DNA of 64,000 nucleotides from an uncultured Solirubrobacteraceae bacterium (GTDB lineage Bacteria; Actinomycetota; Thermoleophilia; Solirubrobacterales; Solirubrobacteraceae), in assembly GCA_963802105.1 (NCBI GenBank), contig CAWDHJ010000002.1, positions 1,309,503 through 1,373,502 on the forward strand, in the 5' to 3' direction. The position numbers and the translations under genes are program-made. Numbering within the stretch: the first letter of the stretch is position 1; each line of letters starts with the position of its first letter. The notes beneath the pieces are model-generated. The model was not told the origin of the DNA. It was given only the letters and a program-made list of their open reading frames with translations, and did not search any database. Shown here one piece after another: positions 30,445 through 39,883 of the stretch.

Positions 30445-31368
30445 CTACGCTCGTCGAGCGCCGGCTCGCGGACCGTGCCCCGGCGCGGTCGGCCCCTCCG
30501 TGTTAGCCGCGAGCGACGCGGGGCACTGGAACTGGTGCCCGAAATTCGTCAGCTCCACGTCGTTTGAGGCAAGGCCGGTGTAGTTGATCGAGAAGGCCTC
30601 GCCGCCGTTTCCGGGGCGCCAATTGCTGAAGAAGATCCGCTCGTCGACGACCGCCAGGCCACACGGATGCCGGTCGACCGGCGTCAGGTCGATGAACTTC
30701 TGGTTGGCGGCGGCTCCATCCAGTTGAGCGCGGCCGATCGTCGTGCCTTCGAAAAGTGGGCCGAGGTTGTTCCAGTACAGATACTTGCCGTCGACCGCGA
30801 GCGACGTGGCGAAATCCGCAGGGAGGAACGCCTCTCTGACGTTCTTGCCATCGATGTCGGCGCGACCGATCCCCTCGCGGTCGGTCCAAAAGACAAAGGC
30901 GCTGCTTACCGCCACGGTGCCGAACTGCCGCCCGCTGGTCTTGATGAACTTCTCGTTGACGTTTGCGCCGCTCAGATCTGCTCGTCCGAGGTCCCCGTCG
31001 CGGTTTAGCCAGTACACGTGCGAGCCATCGACGGCGATGCTGCACACGGTGCTGTGCAGCCGGATCCAGTTGCGTTCGACGTGCGATCCGTCGATGTCGG
31101 CACGCCCGATGTCGTTGTTGTTCGTCCAGTAGATGTGCGACTCGGTGCTCGCAAGCCCGCAGAACTTGGTCCCACCGGCATCGAGGATCAGTTTCGATCG
31201 CCCTCCTTTTCCGTTCAGCGCGATGCGCTCGATCGACCCTCCGTACCTGTAGTAGAGATATGCGTACGCGGAGCTCCCAAATGCGGCCAAGGCGAGGATC
31301 GCGGCAATCGTCGCCGTGACAGCAGCCGTCCTCATACGGATACTCGGTGTGAATCGCGCTCCCTTCAT
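30445..31368 (-). CDS. Secreted YWTD-like repeat beta-propeller protein
   Basis: Repeats IYWTN/VYWLN/VFWTD/LYWNN each followed by (I/L)GRAx(I/L)xG; signal peptide; start may be 31335. Confidence 0.78.
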   Translation of the reverse strand: MKGARFTPSIRMRTAAVTATIAAILALAAFGSSAYAYLYYRYGGSIERIALNGKGGRSKLILDAGGTKFCGLASTESHIYWTNNNDIGRADIDGSHVERNWIRLHSTVCSIAVDGSHVYWLNRDGDLGRADLSGANVNEKFIKTSGRQFGTVAVSSAFVFWTDREGIGRADIDGKNVREAFLPADFATSLAVDGKYLYWNNLGPLFEGTTIGRAQLDGAAANQKFIDLTPVDRHPCGLAVVDERIFFSNWRPGNGGEAFSINYTGLASNDVELTNFGHQFQCPASLAANTEGPTAPGHGPRAGARRA

Positions 31369-31381
31369 ATCCGCAGCGCTT

Positions 31382-31855
31382 CTAGTTCTTGAACTCGAGA
31401 CCCGAGCCTCCGGCGACACAGGTGTACTTCGTCGTCCCGATGACTTTGCATGACGACTCGGTGTCGGTGTTGTAGCTCTCGATCTGGTAAGTCACCTCGT
31501 CATTGGTGCCGACGATCTTGTACCAGAGGTTCGCCGCGTACCCGGCGCCGCCGAAAGGGCTGAACTTCCACTTCAGCTCCCAGGTGTCGGTGCCGTTGGG
31601 CTTCAACACGGAGCCATCGCCGGGGCGTCCTTCGAAATCGATCGGGTAGTAGCTCGGGACGCAGTGGACGGTGCTGTTGCACACGTAGGTCGGGACGGCC
31701 TTGGCTTCGACCAGCTTGAGTTCGACGCTGCTCTTGTTGTGAAGCTTGAAGCCGCGGCTGGCCGCGCTCGCGGGGCCGGCAGCGAGCATCGAGGCCGCCA
31801 GCACGCATCCGAGAACTGCCGCGCCCAGGCTGCGCCGAGATTTGACTGCATTCAT
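31382..31855 (-). CDS. Small secreted protein with four Cys in the mature part
   Basis: Signal peptide ...GPASA|AS; GGAGG RBS. Confidence 0.8.
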   Translation of the reverse strand: MNAVKSRRSLGAAVLGCVLAASMLAAGPASAASRGFKLHNKSSVELKLVEAKAVPTYVCNSTVHCVPSYYPIDFEGRPGDGSVLKPNGTDTWELKWKFSPFGGAGYAANLWYKIVGTNDEVTYQIESYNTDTESSCKVIGTTKYTCVAGGSGLEFKN

Positions 31856-31939
31856 CTGTTGTTCCTCCGTCGTCTTGGTCTGGTGCCTCTGAAAGGCGTG
31901 CGATCCTGCCCGAACCCTACCGGGAGCGATGCGTATCGC

Positions 31940-32224
31940 CTACGCCGGGTGAGCCTTGGCCCACGCGACGATCTCGCGCGAGTCGAACACAGCCGTCCCG
32001 TCGTCGAGCTCGAGCACGGGCACCCACCGTTTTCCGGTCAGCTGCTGCGCGCGCTTGCGCCCGGCCGTGTCGTTGAAGATCGCGGGCAACGGCGCGAGCC
32101 CGTAGGACTTGACGACCTCGGGATCGTGCCCGGCGTCCTTGAGCGCGTGGTAGGCGTTCGCGCACGGATGCCCGCCGGGACGCGTCGGCACCGGGAAGGT
32201 GCCCCAGCAGACGTACAGCTTCAC
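31940..32224 (-). CDS. Glutaredoxin/GST N-terminal-like protein
   Basis: HPCANAY, TGKRWVPVLELDDG...DSREIVAW; GTGA overlap with cupredoxin. Confidence 0.78.
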   Translation of the reverse strand: MKLYVCWGTFPVPTRPGGHPCANAYHALKDAGHDPEVVKSYGLAPLPAIFNDTAGRKRAQQLTGKRWVPVLELDDGTAVFDSREIVAWAKAHPA

Positions 32225-32955
32225 GAGACGGTCAGCGTCCCTTCCATGCCGGCCTGACGGTGACCGGGGACCGAGCAGAAGAACGTGTACGTGCCGGGCT
32301 TGAGCGTGAGCGTGAGCGCCTTCGAGCCGCCGGCGAACGTCGGCGTCGCGCCGAGCACCTTGCTGCCTTCGGCGATCGTCACGTTGTGTTCGATCGGCGA
32401 CATGTTCGTCATGTCGATCGTCACGGTGCCGGCCTTCGCGCTGAGCTGCTTCGTGTCGTAGGCGAGCTGCCCGGCGGGGTTCGCGGCGAGCTTGAGCGTG
32501 CTCGTCGCGGTGGCGGCCGGCGATGACGGCGGCGCGGGCGAGCCGGTCGTCGCCTTCGGCGTCGTCGGTTTGCCGGACGTCGGCCCGGTGCCGGTCGTGC
32601 TCGTCGATTCTTCGCTCGACGGCGACTCGCCGGGGCTCGAGGTCGACGGGCTCTTGCTCGACGATGCGGCTTCCTTGGCTTTCGATTCGGAGGCGACCGA
32701 AGCGGATTCGCCGTTGGCCTTGGGCGTGCCCGATGTGAGGACGGCGGTCGAGACGGCGGCGAGCACGAGCACGGCGCTGACCGCGCCGACGGCGCGCTGG
32801 CCGGCGAGGCTGCCGGGGAAGTCGGGTTTGCGCAAGCCGAGCCCGAGCGAGACGGTCAGCGCCCAGAGGACGAGCAGGCCGCCGGCGATGTAGAAGGCCG
32901 TTTTGCTCTTCTCGGCGGCGAGTACCGGCGCGAGTTGGACCGCAAGCGCGTGCAC
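32221..32955 (-). CDS. Membrane-anchored plastocyanin/azurin-type cupredoxin
   Basis: Two TMs, Ser/Thr/Pro linker, type-1 Cu ligands EHNV and CSVPGHRQAGM. Confidence 0.88.
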   Translation of the reverse strand: MHALAVQLAPVLAAEKSKTAFYIAGGLLVLWALTVSLGLGLRKPDFPGSLAGQRAVGAVSAVLVLAAVSTAVLTSGTPKANGESASVASESKAKEAASSSKSPSTSSPGESPSSEESTSTTGTGPTSGKPTTPKATTGSPAPPSSPAATATSTLKLAANPAGQLAYDTKQLSAKAGTVTIDMTNMSPIEHNVTIAEGSKVLGATPTFAGGSKALTLTLKPGTYTFFCSVPGHRQAGMEGTLTVS

Positions 32956-33000
32956 GGCGCGAGCCTAACCGATGGACCGCCGGATATGCTGGCCGGCGCG

Positions 33001-33882
33001 ATGACCGAGGCGATCCGCACGCCGGAGGACGCGCTCGAGGGGCTGCCGGACTTTCCCTTCGCGGCGCGCTACCGCGACGTCGACGGCCTGCGCCTGGCGC
33101 ACGTCGACGAGGGCGAGGGCGCGCCGGTGATCTTCGTGCACGGCGAGCCGACGTGGTCGTTCCTCTGGCGCAAGGTGATCGTGCCGGTGCGCGACGCCGG
33201 CTACCGCTGCATCGCGCCGGACATGGCCGGCTTCGGCCGCTCGGACAAGCCGACGGACGTCGGCTGGTACTCGTATGACCGCCACACGGCGATGACGGCG
33301 GCGCTGCTCGAGGAGCTCGACGTGCGCGGCGCGACGATCGTCGTGCACGACTGGGGCGGACCGATCGGGCTGCGCCTGGCGGTCGAGCACGCGGAGCGGA
33401 TCGATCGGATCGTGATCCTCGACACGGGGCTGTTCACGGGCCACCAGCGGATGACCGAGGCGTGGACGGCGTTTCGCGACTTCGTCGAGCGCACCGAGGA
33501 CCTGCCGATCGGCTTGCTCGTGCGCGGCGCGTGCAAGAACGACCCCGGCGAGGAGGTGATCGCGGCGTACGACGCGCCGTACCCGAACGCGGCGTCGAAG
33601 GCCGGCGCGCGCGCGTTCCCGCTGATGATCCCGCGCTCGCCGCAGGAGCCGGGCGCGGCGGCCGGCCAGCGCGTGCAGGACGCGCTGCGCGAGGACCGCC
33701 GCCCGACGCTGACGCTGTGGGCCGACTCGGACCCGATCCTGCCGCCGAGCGTCGGCGAGCGCTTCGCGCGGGCGATCGACGTCTCGCCGCCGCGGACGAT
33801 CGAGAACGCGAGCCACTTCCTGCAGGAGGACCAGGGGCCGTTGATCGGCGCCTTGATCGCAGAATGGCTGCTCGCCGGCTGA
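33001..33882 (+). CDS. Haloalkane dehalogenase family hydrolase
   Basis: HGEPTWSFLWR, GFGRSDKP, VHDWGG, SHFLQED. Confidence 0.88.
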   Translation: MTEAIRTPEDALEGLPDFPFAARYRDVDGLRLAHVDEGEGAPVIFVHGEPTWSFLWRKVIVPVRDAGYRCIAPDMAGFGRSDKPTDVGWYSYDRHTAMTAALLEELDVRGATIVVHDWGGPIGLRLAVEHAERIDRIVILDTGLFTGHQRMTEAWTAFRDFVERTEDLPIGLLVRGACKNDPGEEVIAAYDAPYPNAASKAGARAFPLMIPRSPQEPGAAAGQRVQDALREDRRPTLTLWADSDPILPPSVGERFARAIDVSPPRTIENASHFLQEDQGPLIGALIAEWLLAG

Positions 33883-33889
33883 GCGCGGG

Positions 33890-34792
33890 CTACTCGCCGC
33901 CGGCCGAGCTCGGGATCTGCGGCGTCTCGGGCGCGGCGTCGAGACCGGGCTCGGAGCGCGCGGCGCGCAGCTCGTAGCTGCGGCGCGTGAGCGCGTCGGC
34001 GTCGGTCAGCACGCGGTCGGCCTTCATCGCGCGCGCCATGCCCTCGGAGAGGCGGCGCGGCAGGACGGCGCCGAGCACGTTCGTGCGCTTGCCGGACTTC
34101 GGCACCCAGACTTCGACGGTGCCGAGCTTGAGCGCTTCGACGATCGCGTCGGCGACTTCGCTCGGTTCGAGGTTGGTGAAGCCGCGCGCCTGGCCGAGAC
34201 CGGAGCCGAGCTCGGTGTTGACGACGTAGGGCATGACGTAGCTGAGGTCGATGTGCGCGCCCATCAGGCGCAGCTCGCCGCGCACGGCCTCGGTCAGGCC
34301 GATGACGGCGTGCTTGGTCGCCGAGTACGTCGCGCCGCCGGGCGCGCCGAACTTGCCGGCCTGCGAGGAGATGTTGACGATGTGGCCGCGGTCGCGCGGG
34401 ATCATCCGCGCGAGCGCGAGCTTCATGCCGAGGATGACGCCGTGCAGGTTGATGTCGATCATCCGCTGCGCGGTGACGTCGTCCTCGTCGATGAAGCGGC
34501 CGATCTGCATGATGCCGGCGTTGTTGACGAGCACGTCGATCGGGCCGAGCTGGCGCTCCGACTCGTCGAGGAAGGCGGCGAACGAGTCGCGGTCGGTGAC
34601 GTCGAGCGCGAGCCCGACGGCGCTCGGCCCGAGCTCGGAGGCGGTCGCGACGGCCGCGTCGGCGTCGACGTCTCCGATCGCGACGCGCATGCCGCTCGCG
34701 AGCAGCGCTTTGGCCGTCGCGCGGCCGATCCCGCGCGCGGCGCCGGTGATCGCGACGGTCTGTCCGGCGAGGATTCGCGGCTGCTTGGCCAT
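33890..34792 (-). CDS. Short-chain dehydrogenase/reductase
   Basis: TGAARGIG, NNAG, YSATK; AGGAGG RBS. Confidence 0.93.
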   Translation of the reverse strand: MAKQPRILAGQTVAITGAARGIGRATAKALLASGMRVAIGDVDADAAVATASELGPSAVGLALDVTDRDSFAAFLDESERQLGPIDVLVNNAGIMQIGRFIDEDDVTAQRMIDINLHGVILGMKLALARMIPRDRGHIVNISSQAGKFGAPGGATYSATKHAVIGLTEAVRGELRLMGAHIDLSYVMPYVVNTELGSGLGQARGFTNLEPSEVADAIVEALKLGTVEVWVPKSGKRTNVLGAVLPRRLSEGMARAMKADRVLTDADALTRRSYELRAARSEPGLDAAPETPQIPSSAGGE

Positions 34793-34926
34793 CTGTTCTC
34801 CTCCTGCGGTTGGCCGGGCGCGCGGCCCGGGCGAAAGGTCGGGCCTCGAAAGCTAGCGCGGCCGGACGCGCGCTGCTGGCCGCACGGCCAGTTTGCGAAA
34901 GGCGTGGCGGTCGGTAGGGTTGACAC

Positions 34927-35895
34927 ATGCCGACGTTCGACTTCGAGGGTCAGCGGATCGCGTACACCGAATATGGCGGAGGCCCGGCGGCGGTCACCGA
35001 GCGCGGCAGGCGCGGGCGCACGGCGCGCAGCTCGCGGGCGCACGAGCGCCCGCTGATCCTCGTGCACGGGCTGCTGCTCTCGCAGCTGATGCACGAGCGG
35101 CTCGCCGAATCGCTCGCGGCGCGCGGCAACCGCGTGATCACGGTCGACCTGCTCGGCCACGGCGCGTCGGACCGCCCGCGCGACATGTGGCGCTACTCGA
35201 TGCGCTTCTTCGGCGATCAGCTAGTCGCGCTGATGGACCACCTGGAGATCGACGAAGCGGTCGTGATGGGCACGTCGCTCGGCGCGAACACGGCGCTGAA
35301 CGTCGCGCTGACGGCGCCCGAGCGCCTGCGCGGGATGGTCATCGAGATGCCGGTGCTCGACAACGCGCTGCTATGGAGCGCGGTCGCGTTCACGCCGCTG
35401 CTCGTCGCGCTGACGTTCGGCGAGTCGGCGATGAAGCTGCTCGCGCGCGGCACGCGCGCCGTGCCACGACGCCTGCTGCCGCACTACGGCAACGTGATGC
35501 TCGACCTCGTGCGCCAGGAGCCGGGGCCGAGCGCGGCGGTCCTGCAGGGGTTGTTCTTCGGGCGCATCGCGCCGCACCGCAACGACCGGCGCAAGTTCGA
35601 GACGCCGGCGCTGATCCTCGGGCACCGCCGCGACCCGGTGCACCCGTTCTCCGACGCCGGCATGCTCGCCGAGGAGCTGCCGAACGCGCGGCTCGTCGAG
35701 GCCGACTCGATCGTCGAGCTGCGCCTGCATCCCGAACGCCTGACGAACGAGATCGCGAGCTTCCTCGACGAGGTCTGGGCGCCGCGGCGCGCCGTGCCCG
35801 GCGCGAAACGCCGCACGAGCAAAGCGCCCGCGAAACGGCCGGCGAAAGCGGCGCCGAAACGCGCCGCGAAACGCACGCGCGCCAGCTCGGGCTAG
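34927..35895 (+). CDS. Alpha/beta hydrolase with basic Lys/Ala/Pro tail
   Basis: LVHGLL, DLLGHGAS, GTSLG; tail KAPAKRPAKAAPKRAAKR. Confidence 0.85.
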   Translation: MPTFDFEGQRIAYTEYGGGPAAVTERGRRGRTARSSRAHERPLILVHGLLLSQLMHERLAESLAARGNRVITVDLLGHGASDRPRDMWRYSMRFFGDQLVALMDHLEIDEAVVMGTSLGANTALNVALTAPERLRGMVIEMPVLDNALLWSAVAFTPLLVALTFGESAMKLLARGTRAVPRRLLPHYGNVMLDLVRQEPGPSAAVLQGLFFGRIAPHRNDRRKFETPALILGHRRDPVHPFSDAGMLAEELPNARLVEADSIVELRLHPERLTNEIASFLDEVWAPRRAVPGAKRRTSKAPAKRPAKAAPKRAAKRTRASSG

Positions 35896-37007
35896 CGCTT
35901 GAGCGGGAAGAGTTCTAGCTCGTCGAGGACGACGTGCCCGGGGGCTTGCGGCGTGCCGACGGCGGAGGCGGGCGCCTGGCTGATCCAGAGCGTGATGAAG
36001 CGGTAGGGCTTCTTGGCGGCGAGCGCGAAGACGCCGCCGCCGGCGCCGAGCTTGATGCGCACGTGGCGTTTGTGCTCGACGAACGACGCCGTCAGCGCGG
36101 ACCATGCGGGGTCGGTGATCGACGTCGGCAGCGCGGCGGCGCTCGAGCCGTAGACCTGCACGGTCATGCCGGGCGTGCTCGTCGTGAGCGCGACGGCGGA
36201 GAGCTTGCGCGGCGCGTTGAGGTCGATGACGAGGCCCTCGGCGAGCTTCGGCGCGACGGACGGTTCGACGAGCGCGGTCCAGCCGGTCGTCGTGTCGCCG
36301 TCGATCGCGAGGCTCGGGTCGCCGAAGTTGCTCGCGGGGTAGTTGTACGGGTTGTAGGTCTGCGCGGCGTTCGTGTCGAGCAGCAGCGCTTCGGGGTGTG
36401 CTTCGCCGGCGACGGCCGGGCCTTCGGAGCCTTCTCTCGAGCTTTTCGGCGTCGTTTTGGCCGGCGTCGTTTGGCCGCCGGTGTTGAGCGGCGTCGTCGA
36501 CGGTGTCGGCGTCGGCGTGATTTTCGGCGTCGGCGTGACGCTCGGCGTGAGCGGGATTTTGCTCGCTTTCGGCAGCGGGACGATCGGTTTGATCGTCGTC
36601 GGCGTGCCGATCGTCGGCGTCGTCGCGGCGGGCGTGCTCGTGGCGGGCGTCGTCGTGGGCGGCGCGACCTGCGCGACCGTCGTCGCGACGGGCGCGGGCT
36701 TGCCGGAGCCTTTGCTGAGCGCGGCGTACGCGGCGCCGGCGGCGCCGAGCACGAGAACGGCGAGAACGGCCGCGACGGTGGCTGCCGAGCGCCACGTCGG
36801 CGCGCGCGAGTTGAGGCTGTCGGGGGCGCCGGCGCCGCACTGAAGGCACCAGTCCTGCCCGTCGGCGAGCGCTGCGCCGCAGTTGGCGCAGGCGCGCGCG
36901 GGCGACGGCGCGCTGGCGGCGCCGGGCGGCGTGGCGCCGTCGTGCGAGCCGGCGGGCGGCGCCTGCTCGTCGGACGCGGCTGGCGGGTCTGCTACGACGG
37001 TTGACAC
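35892..37007 (-). CDS. Zn-ribbon / TM / Pro-Thr linker / discoidin-like extracellular domain protein
   Basis: CANCG...CLQCG, TM helix, AIDGDTTTGWT, YRFITLW, LDELELF; TAGAAT 8 nt before GTG. Confidence 0.8.
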   Translation of the reverse strand: MSTVVADPPAASDEQAPPAGSHDGATPPGAASAPSPARACANCGAALADGQDWCLQCGAGAPDSLNSRAPTWRSAATVAAVLAVLVLGAAGAAYAALSKGSGKPAPVATTVAQVAPPTTTPATSTPAATTPTIGTPTTIKPIVPLPKASKIPLTPSVTPTPKITPTPTPSTTPLNTGGQTTPAKTTPKSSREGSEGPAVAGEAHPEALLLDTNAAQTYNPYNYPASNFGDPSLAIDGDTTTGWTALVEPSVAPKLAEGLVIDLNAPRKLSAVALTTSTPGMTVQVYGSSAAALPTSITDPAWSALTASFVEHKRHVRIKLGAGGGVFALAAKKPYRFITLWISQAPASAVGTPQAPGHVVLDELELFPLKR

Positions 37008-37018
37008 TCGCTGCAATT

Positions 37019-38077
37019 CTAGTGGCCGGGCTCGGCGGCGGGCGAGGGTGGGCCGCCGGCGACGATCTCGCGTCCGGTCGGGCGCATGCGCTCGTCGAGC
37101 TCTAGCTGCCAGTAGTAGCGCGTGAAGGTGCTGCCGTCGCGGAACTCGCCGACGTGCGGCGCGACGGTCTCGCCGGCGGCGATGCGGACGATCAGCTCGG
37201 GGTAGCTCTGGCCGGGCAGCGCGGCGTAGGCGGGCGCGGGGAAGGCGCCGCCGAAGCGCGTGTTGACGTCGGTGATGCCGAGGCCGGCGTCGGGGTCGCG
37301 GAAGACCTGGATCGTCGCGGGGCCGGTGACGCGCAGCGCGTTCATCGCGCGCTCGCCGAGCGCGATGAGCTCGTCGTCGTGGACGGCTGCGCCCTTGATC
37401 GACTCGCCGCCGCGCGACTCGAGCATCGTGCGCGGGATCGCGTTGAGGCAGCGTCCGGCGAGGTCGCCGAGGCAGTCGATCGACAGCTCGGGGCCGCCCA
37501 TCGCGCGCTGGATCATGACGGGCTCGGGAGCGGGCGCGCCACGCGGGCGCTCGACGCGCGGCGGGCGCTCGACGTAGTCGACGAAGAAGCGCGCCTGCGC
37601 GGCGTCGCGCGCGAGGTGGATCGAGCGCGCGCCGGAGCCGCGGCGCGGCTTGACGACGACGGGGTAGTCGAGCGCGTCGAAGTCGGCGTCGGCCGGCAGC
37701 GCGGTCGGCGGCGAGGGCAGGCCGAGGCTCTGCAGCAGCAGGTGCGCGTCGTACTTGTCGTACGTCCTGCGCGCGACGTCGGCGGAGGGGACGAAGGCGG
37801 GCAGGCGGTGTTGCTCGCGTGCGCGCGCGAGCAGCTCGATGTCGAGGTCGGTGAGCGGCAGGACGGCGCCGACCTCGTGCTGTTCGCAGAGCTCGCGCAG
37901 CGCCTGCACGTAGTGCGGGTCGCCGACGAGCGGGACGGACGTGTGCACGTGCGCGGCGTACTGCGCGGGCGCGAGCGGCGAGGGGTCGGCGGCGACGGTG
38001 TGCGTCAGCCGCGCGAAGCACGAGACGATGTCGTAGCGCTTGCCGACGCCGGTTAGCAGGACGGCGGGCGCGCTCAC
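37019..38077 (-). CDS. ATP-grasp enzyme (carbamoyl-phosphate-synthase-like family seen in glycan loci)
   Basis: LLTGVGKR, DKYDAH, VVKPRRGSGA, DVNTRFGG; GTGA overlap. Confidence 0.85.
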   Translation of the reverse strand: MSAPAVLLTGVGKRYDIVSCFARLTHTVAADPSPLAPAQYAAHVHTSVPLVGDPHYVQALRELCEQHEVGAVLPLTDLDIELLARAREQHRLPAFVPSADVARRTYDKYDAHLLLQSLGLPSPPTALPADADFDALDYPVVVKPRRGSGARSIHLARDAAQARFFVDYVERPPRVERPRGAPAPEPVMIQRAMGGPELSIDCLGDLAGRCLNAIPRTMLESRGGESIKGAAVHDDELIALGERAMNALRVTGPATIQVFRDPDAGLGITDVNTRFGGAFPAPAYAALPGQSYPELIVRIAAGETVAPHVGEFRDGSTFTRYYWQLELDERMRPTGREIVAGGPPSPAAEPGH

Positions 38078-38667
38078 AGCTCGCCCTCCCAGCCGCCGGC
38101 GGCGCCCTTGTAGAGGCCGCCACCGCCAAGCACGAGCAGCGGCGTGCGCGCGAGGATGCGCAGGTCGAGCAGCAGCGAGCGGTGCTCGACGTAGTAGAGG
38201 TCGAGCTCGATGCGCTCGGACCACGGCAGCGAGGCGCGGCCGTTGACCTGCGCCCAGCCGGTGATGCCGGGCTTGAGCGAGAGCCGCGCGCGCTGGCGCT
38301 CGGTGTACTGCGCGACCTGCGCGGGCAGCGTCGGGCGCGGGCCGATCAGCGACATCTCGCCACGCAGCACGTTGACCAAGTTCGGCAGCTCGTCGAGCGA
38401 CGTGCGGCGCAGGAAGGCGCCGACGCGCGTGATGCGCGCGTCGCCGGCGTTGACGGCGAGCCCGGCGCCGACGTGCTCGGCGCCGTCGACCATCGTGCGC
38501 AGCTTGAGCATGTCGAACTGCGCGCCGTGCAGGCCGGAGCGGCGCTGGCGATAGAAGGCGGGTCCGCGCGAGTCGAGCTTGACGGCGAGCGCGGCGGCGA
38601 GCAAGATCGGCGAGCTGAGCGCGAGCGCGAGCGCGGAGACGAGGATGTCGATTACGCGGCGGATCAT
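38074..38667 (-). CDS. Priming phosphoglycosyl transferase (PglC-like small family)
   Basis: KLRTM, LRRTSLDELPNLVNVLRGEMSLIGPRP, KPGITGWAQVNGR. Confidence 0.93.
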   Translation of the reverse strand: MIRRVIDILVSALALALSSPILLAAALAVKLDSRGPAFYRQRRSGLHGAQFDMLKLRTMVDGAEHVGAGLAVNAGDARITRVGAFLRRTSLDELPNLVNVLRGEMSLIGPRPTLPAQVAQYTERQRARLSLKPGITGWAQVNGRASLPWSERIELDLYYVEHRSLLLDLRILARTPLLVLGGGGLYKGAAGGWEGEL

Positions 38668-39839
38668 CGCGTGCCCTCGGCGGCGTCCCACCAGGCGGTC
38701 GTGCCGTGGCGCAGCCAGTCGTAGAGGCCGGCGGCGGGCGAGGCGGTCGTGAGGACGTAGTAGCGCGCGATGAGCAGCGGGCGCGCGCGCAGCGCGCCGG
38801 CGAGCAGCGCGGCGAGCAGCAGCGCGAGCTGCAGCGCGAGCGTGAGGAGGTAGAGCGGGCTCGCGCCGGCGGCGACGAGCGCGGCGTTGGCGGCGAGCGC
38901 GAGGACGTGCAGCGCGGGCGTCGCGTAGCGGAGCAGTCGGTGGGAGAAGATCATCAGCGCGTAGAGCGGCGGGTAGCCGCGCGGCGAGAGCATGCCGCCG
39001 CGCAGGACGATCGGCCACGTGTGGCTCATCATCCGCCGCTTGCGCTGGAACTCGCCGAGCAGCGAGGGGACCATCTTCTCGCTGGCGCGCGCGCTCGGGA
39101 CGTAGACGGCGCGCAGGCCGCGCTTGACGATGTTGAACGGCAGCGAGAGGTCGTGGCCCATGATCGGGTCGACGACGATGTAGCTGTCGCGGCGTGTCGC
39201 ATAGATCGCGCCGTTGCCGGCGGTGATCGAGCTGAGACGAGACTCGAGCGCGCGGACGGCGAGCTCGTAGCGCCAGTAGACGCCCTCCTGGTTGGACGCG
39301 TGCGCGCCGACGGCGCTCTGCACGAAGCGCACCTGGCCGCAGGCGTAGCCGACGCGCGGCTCGGCGAAGGCGCCGACGAGCTCGCGCAGCGCGTCGGGCT
39401 GCCAGTGCGAGTTGGCGTCGGAGAAGGCGACGATCTGACCGCTCGCACGCTGCACGGCGGCGTCCTGCGCGCGGATCTTGCCGCCGCGCGGCAGCTCGAG
39501 CACGAGGTCGGCGCCGGCCTCGCGCGCGCGCTCGGGCGTCGCGTCGGTGCAGCCGTCGCAGGCGACGATCAGCTGCAGCAGCTCGCGCGGGTAGTCGAGC
39601 GCAAGCGCGTCGGCGACCTTCGCGGCGATGACGTCGTGCTCGTCGTGCGCGGCGACGATCAGCGTGACGGAAGGGAGCGGAGCGTCTTGTTTCGAGGATC
39701 GAAGAAGACGGACCTTGCGCTGCTCGGGCAGTGCGATGTCGCGTACGCAAGCGAGCGCGGCTAGCGCGAGCGCGTAGCCGAGCTGCGTCCAGACGATCAG
39801 CGCGGCGCAGACCCAGAAGAGCACGTAGACGACGATCAC
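38664..39839 (-). CDS. Membrane GT2 glycosyltransferase
   Basis: IVAAHDE, VACDGCTD, FSDAN, HDL, KRRM; N- and C-terminal TMs. Confidence 0.9.
   Translation of the reverse strand: MIVVYVLFWVCAALIVWTQLGYALALAALACVRDIALPEQRKVRLLRSSKQDAPLPSVTLIVAAHDEHDVIAAKVADALALDYPRELLQLIVACDGCTDATPERAREAGADLVLELPRGGKIRAQDAAVQRASGQIVAFSDANSHWQPDALRELVGAFAEPRVGYACGQVRFVQSAVGAHASNQEGVYWRYELAVRALESRLSSITAGNGAIYATRRDSYIVVDPIMGHDLSLPFNIVKRGLRAVYVPSARASEKMVPSLLGEFQRKRRMMSHTWPIVLRGGMLSPRGYPPLYALMIFSHRLLRYATPALHVLALAANAALVAAGASPLYLLTLALQLALLLAALLAGALRARPLLIARYYVLTTASPAAGLYDWLRHGTTAWWDAAEGTR
39683..39740. repeat. Tandem double hairpin inside the GT2 reading frame
   Basis: CGTCTT..TTCGA-GGA-TCGAA..AAGACG then TTGCGCTGC-TCGG-GCAGTGCGA; atypical codons. 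Confidence 0.55.
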
Positions 39840-39883
39840 GCCGATGATTCTCGCGGACGCGCGCGGCGGAGTACGCTCGCGGC

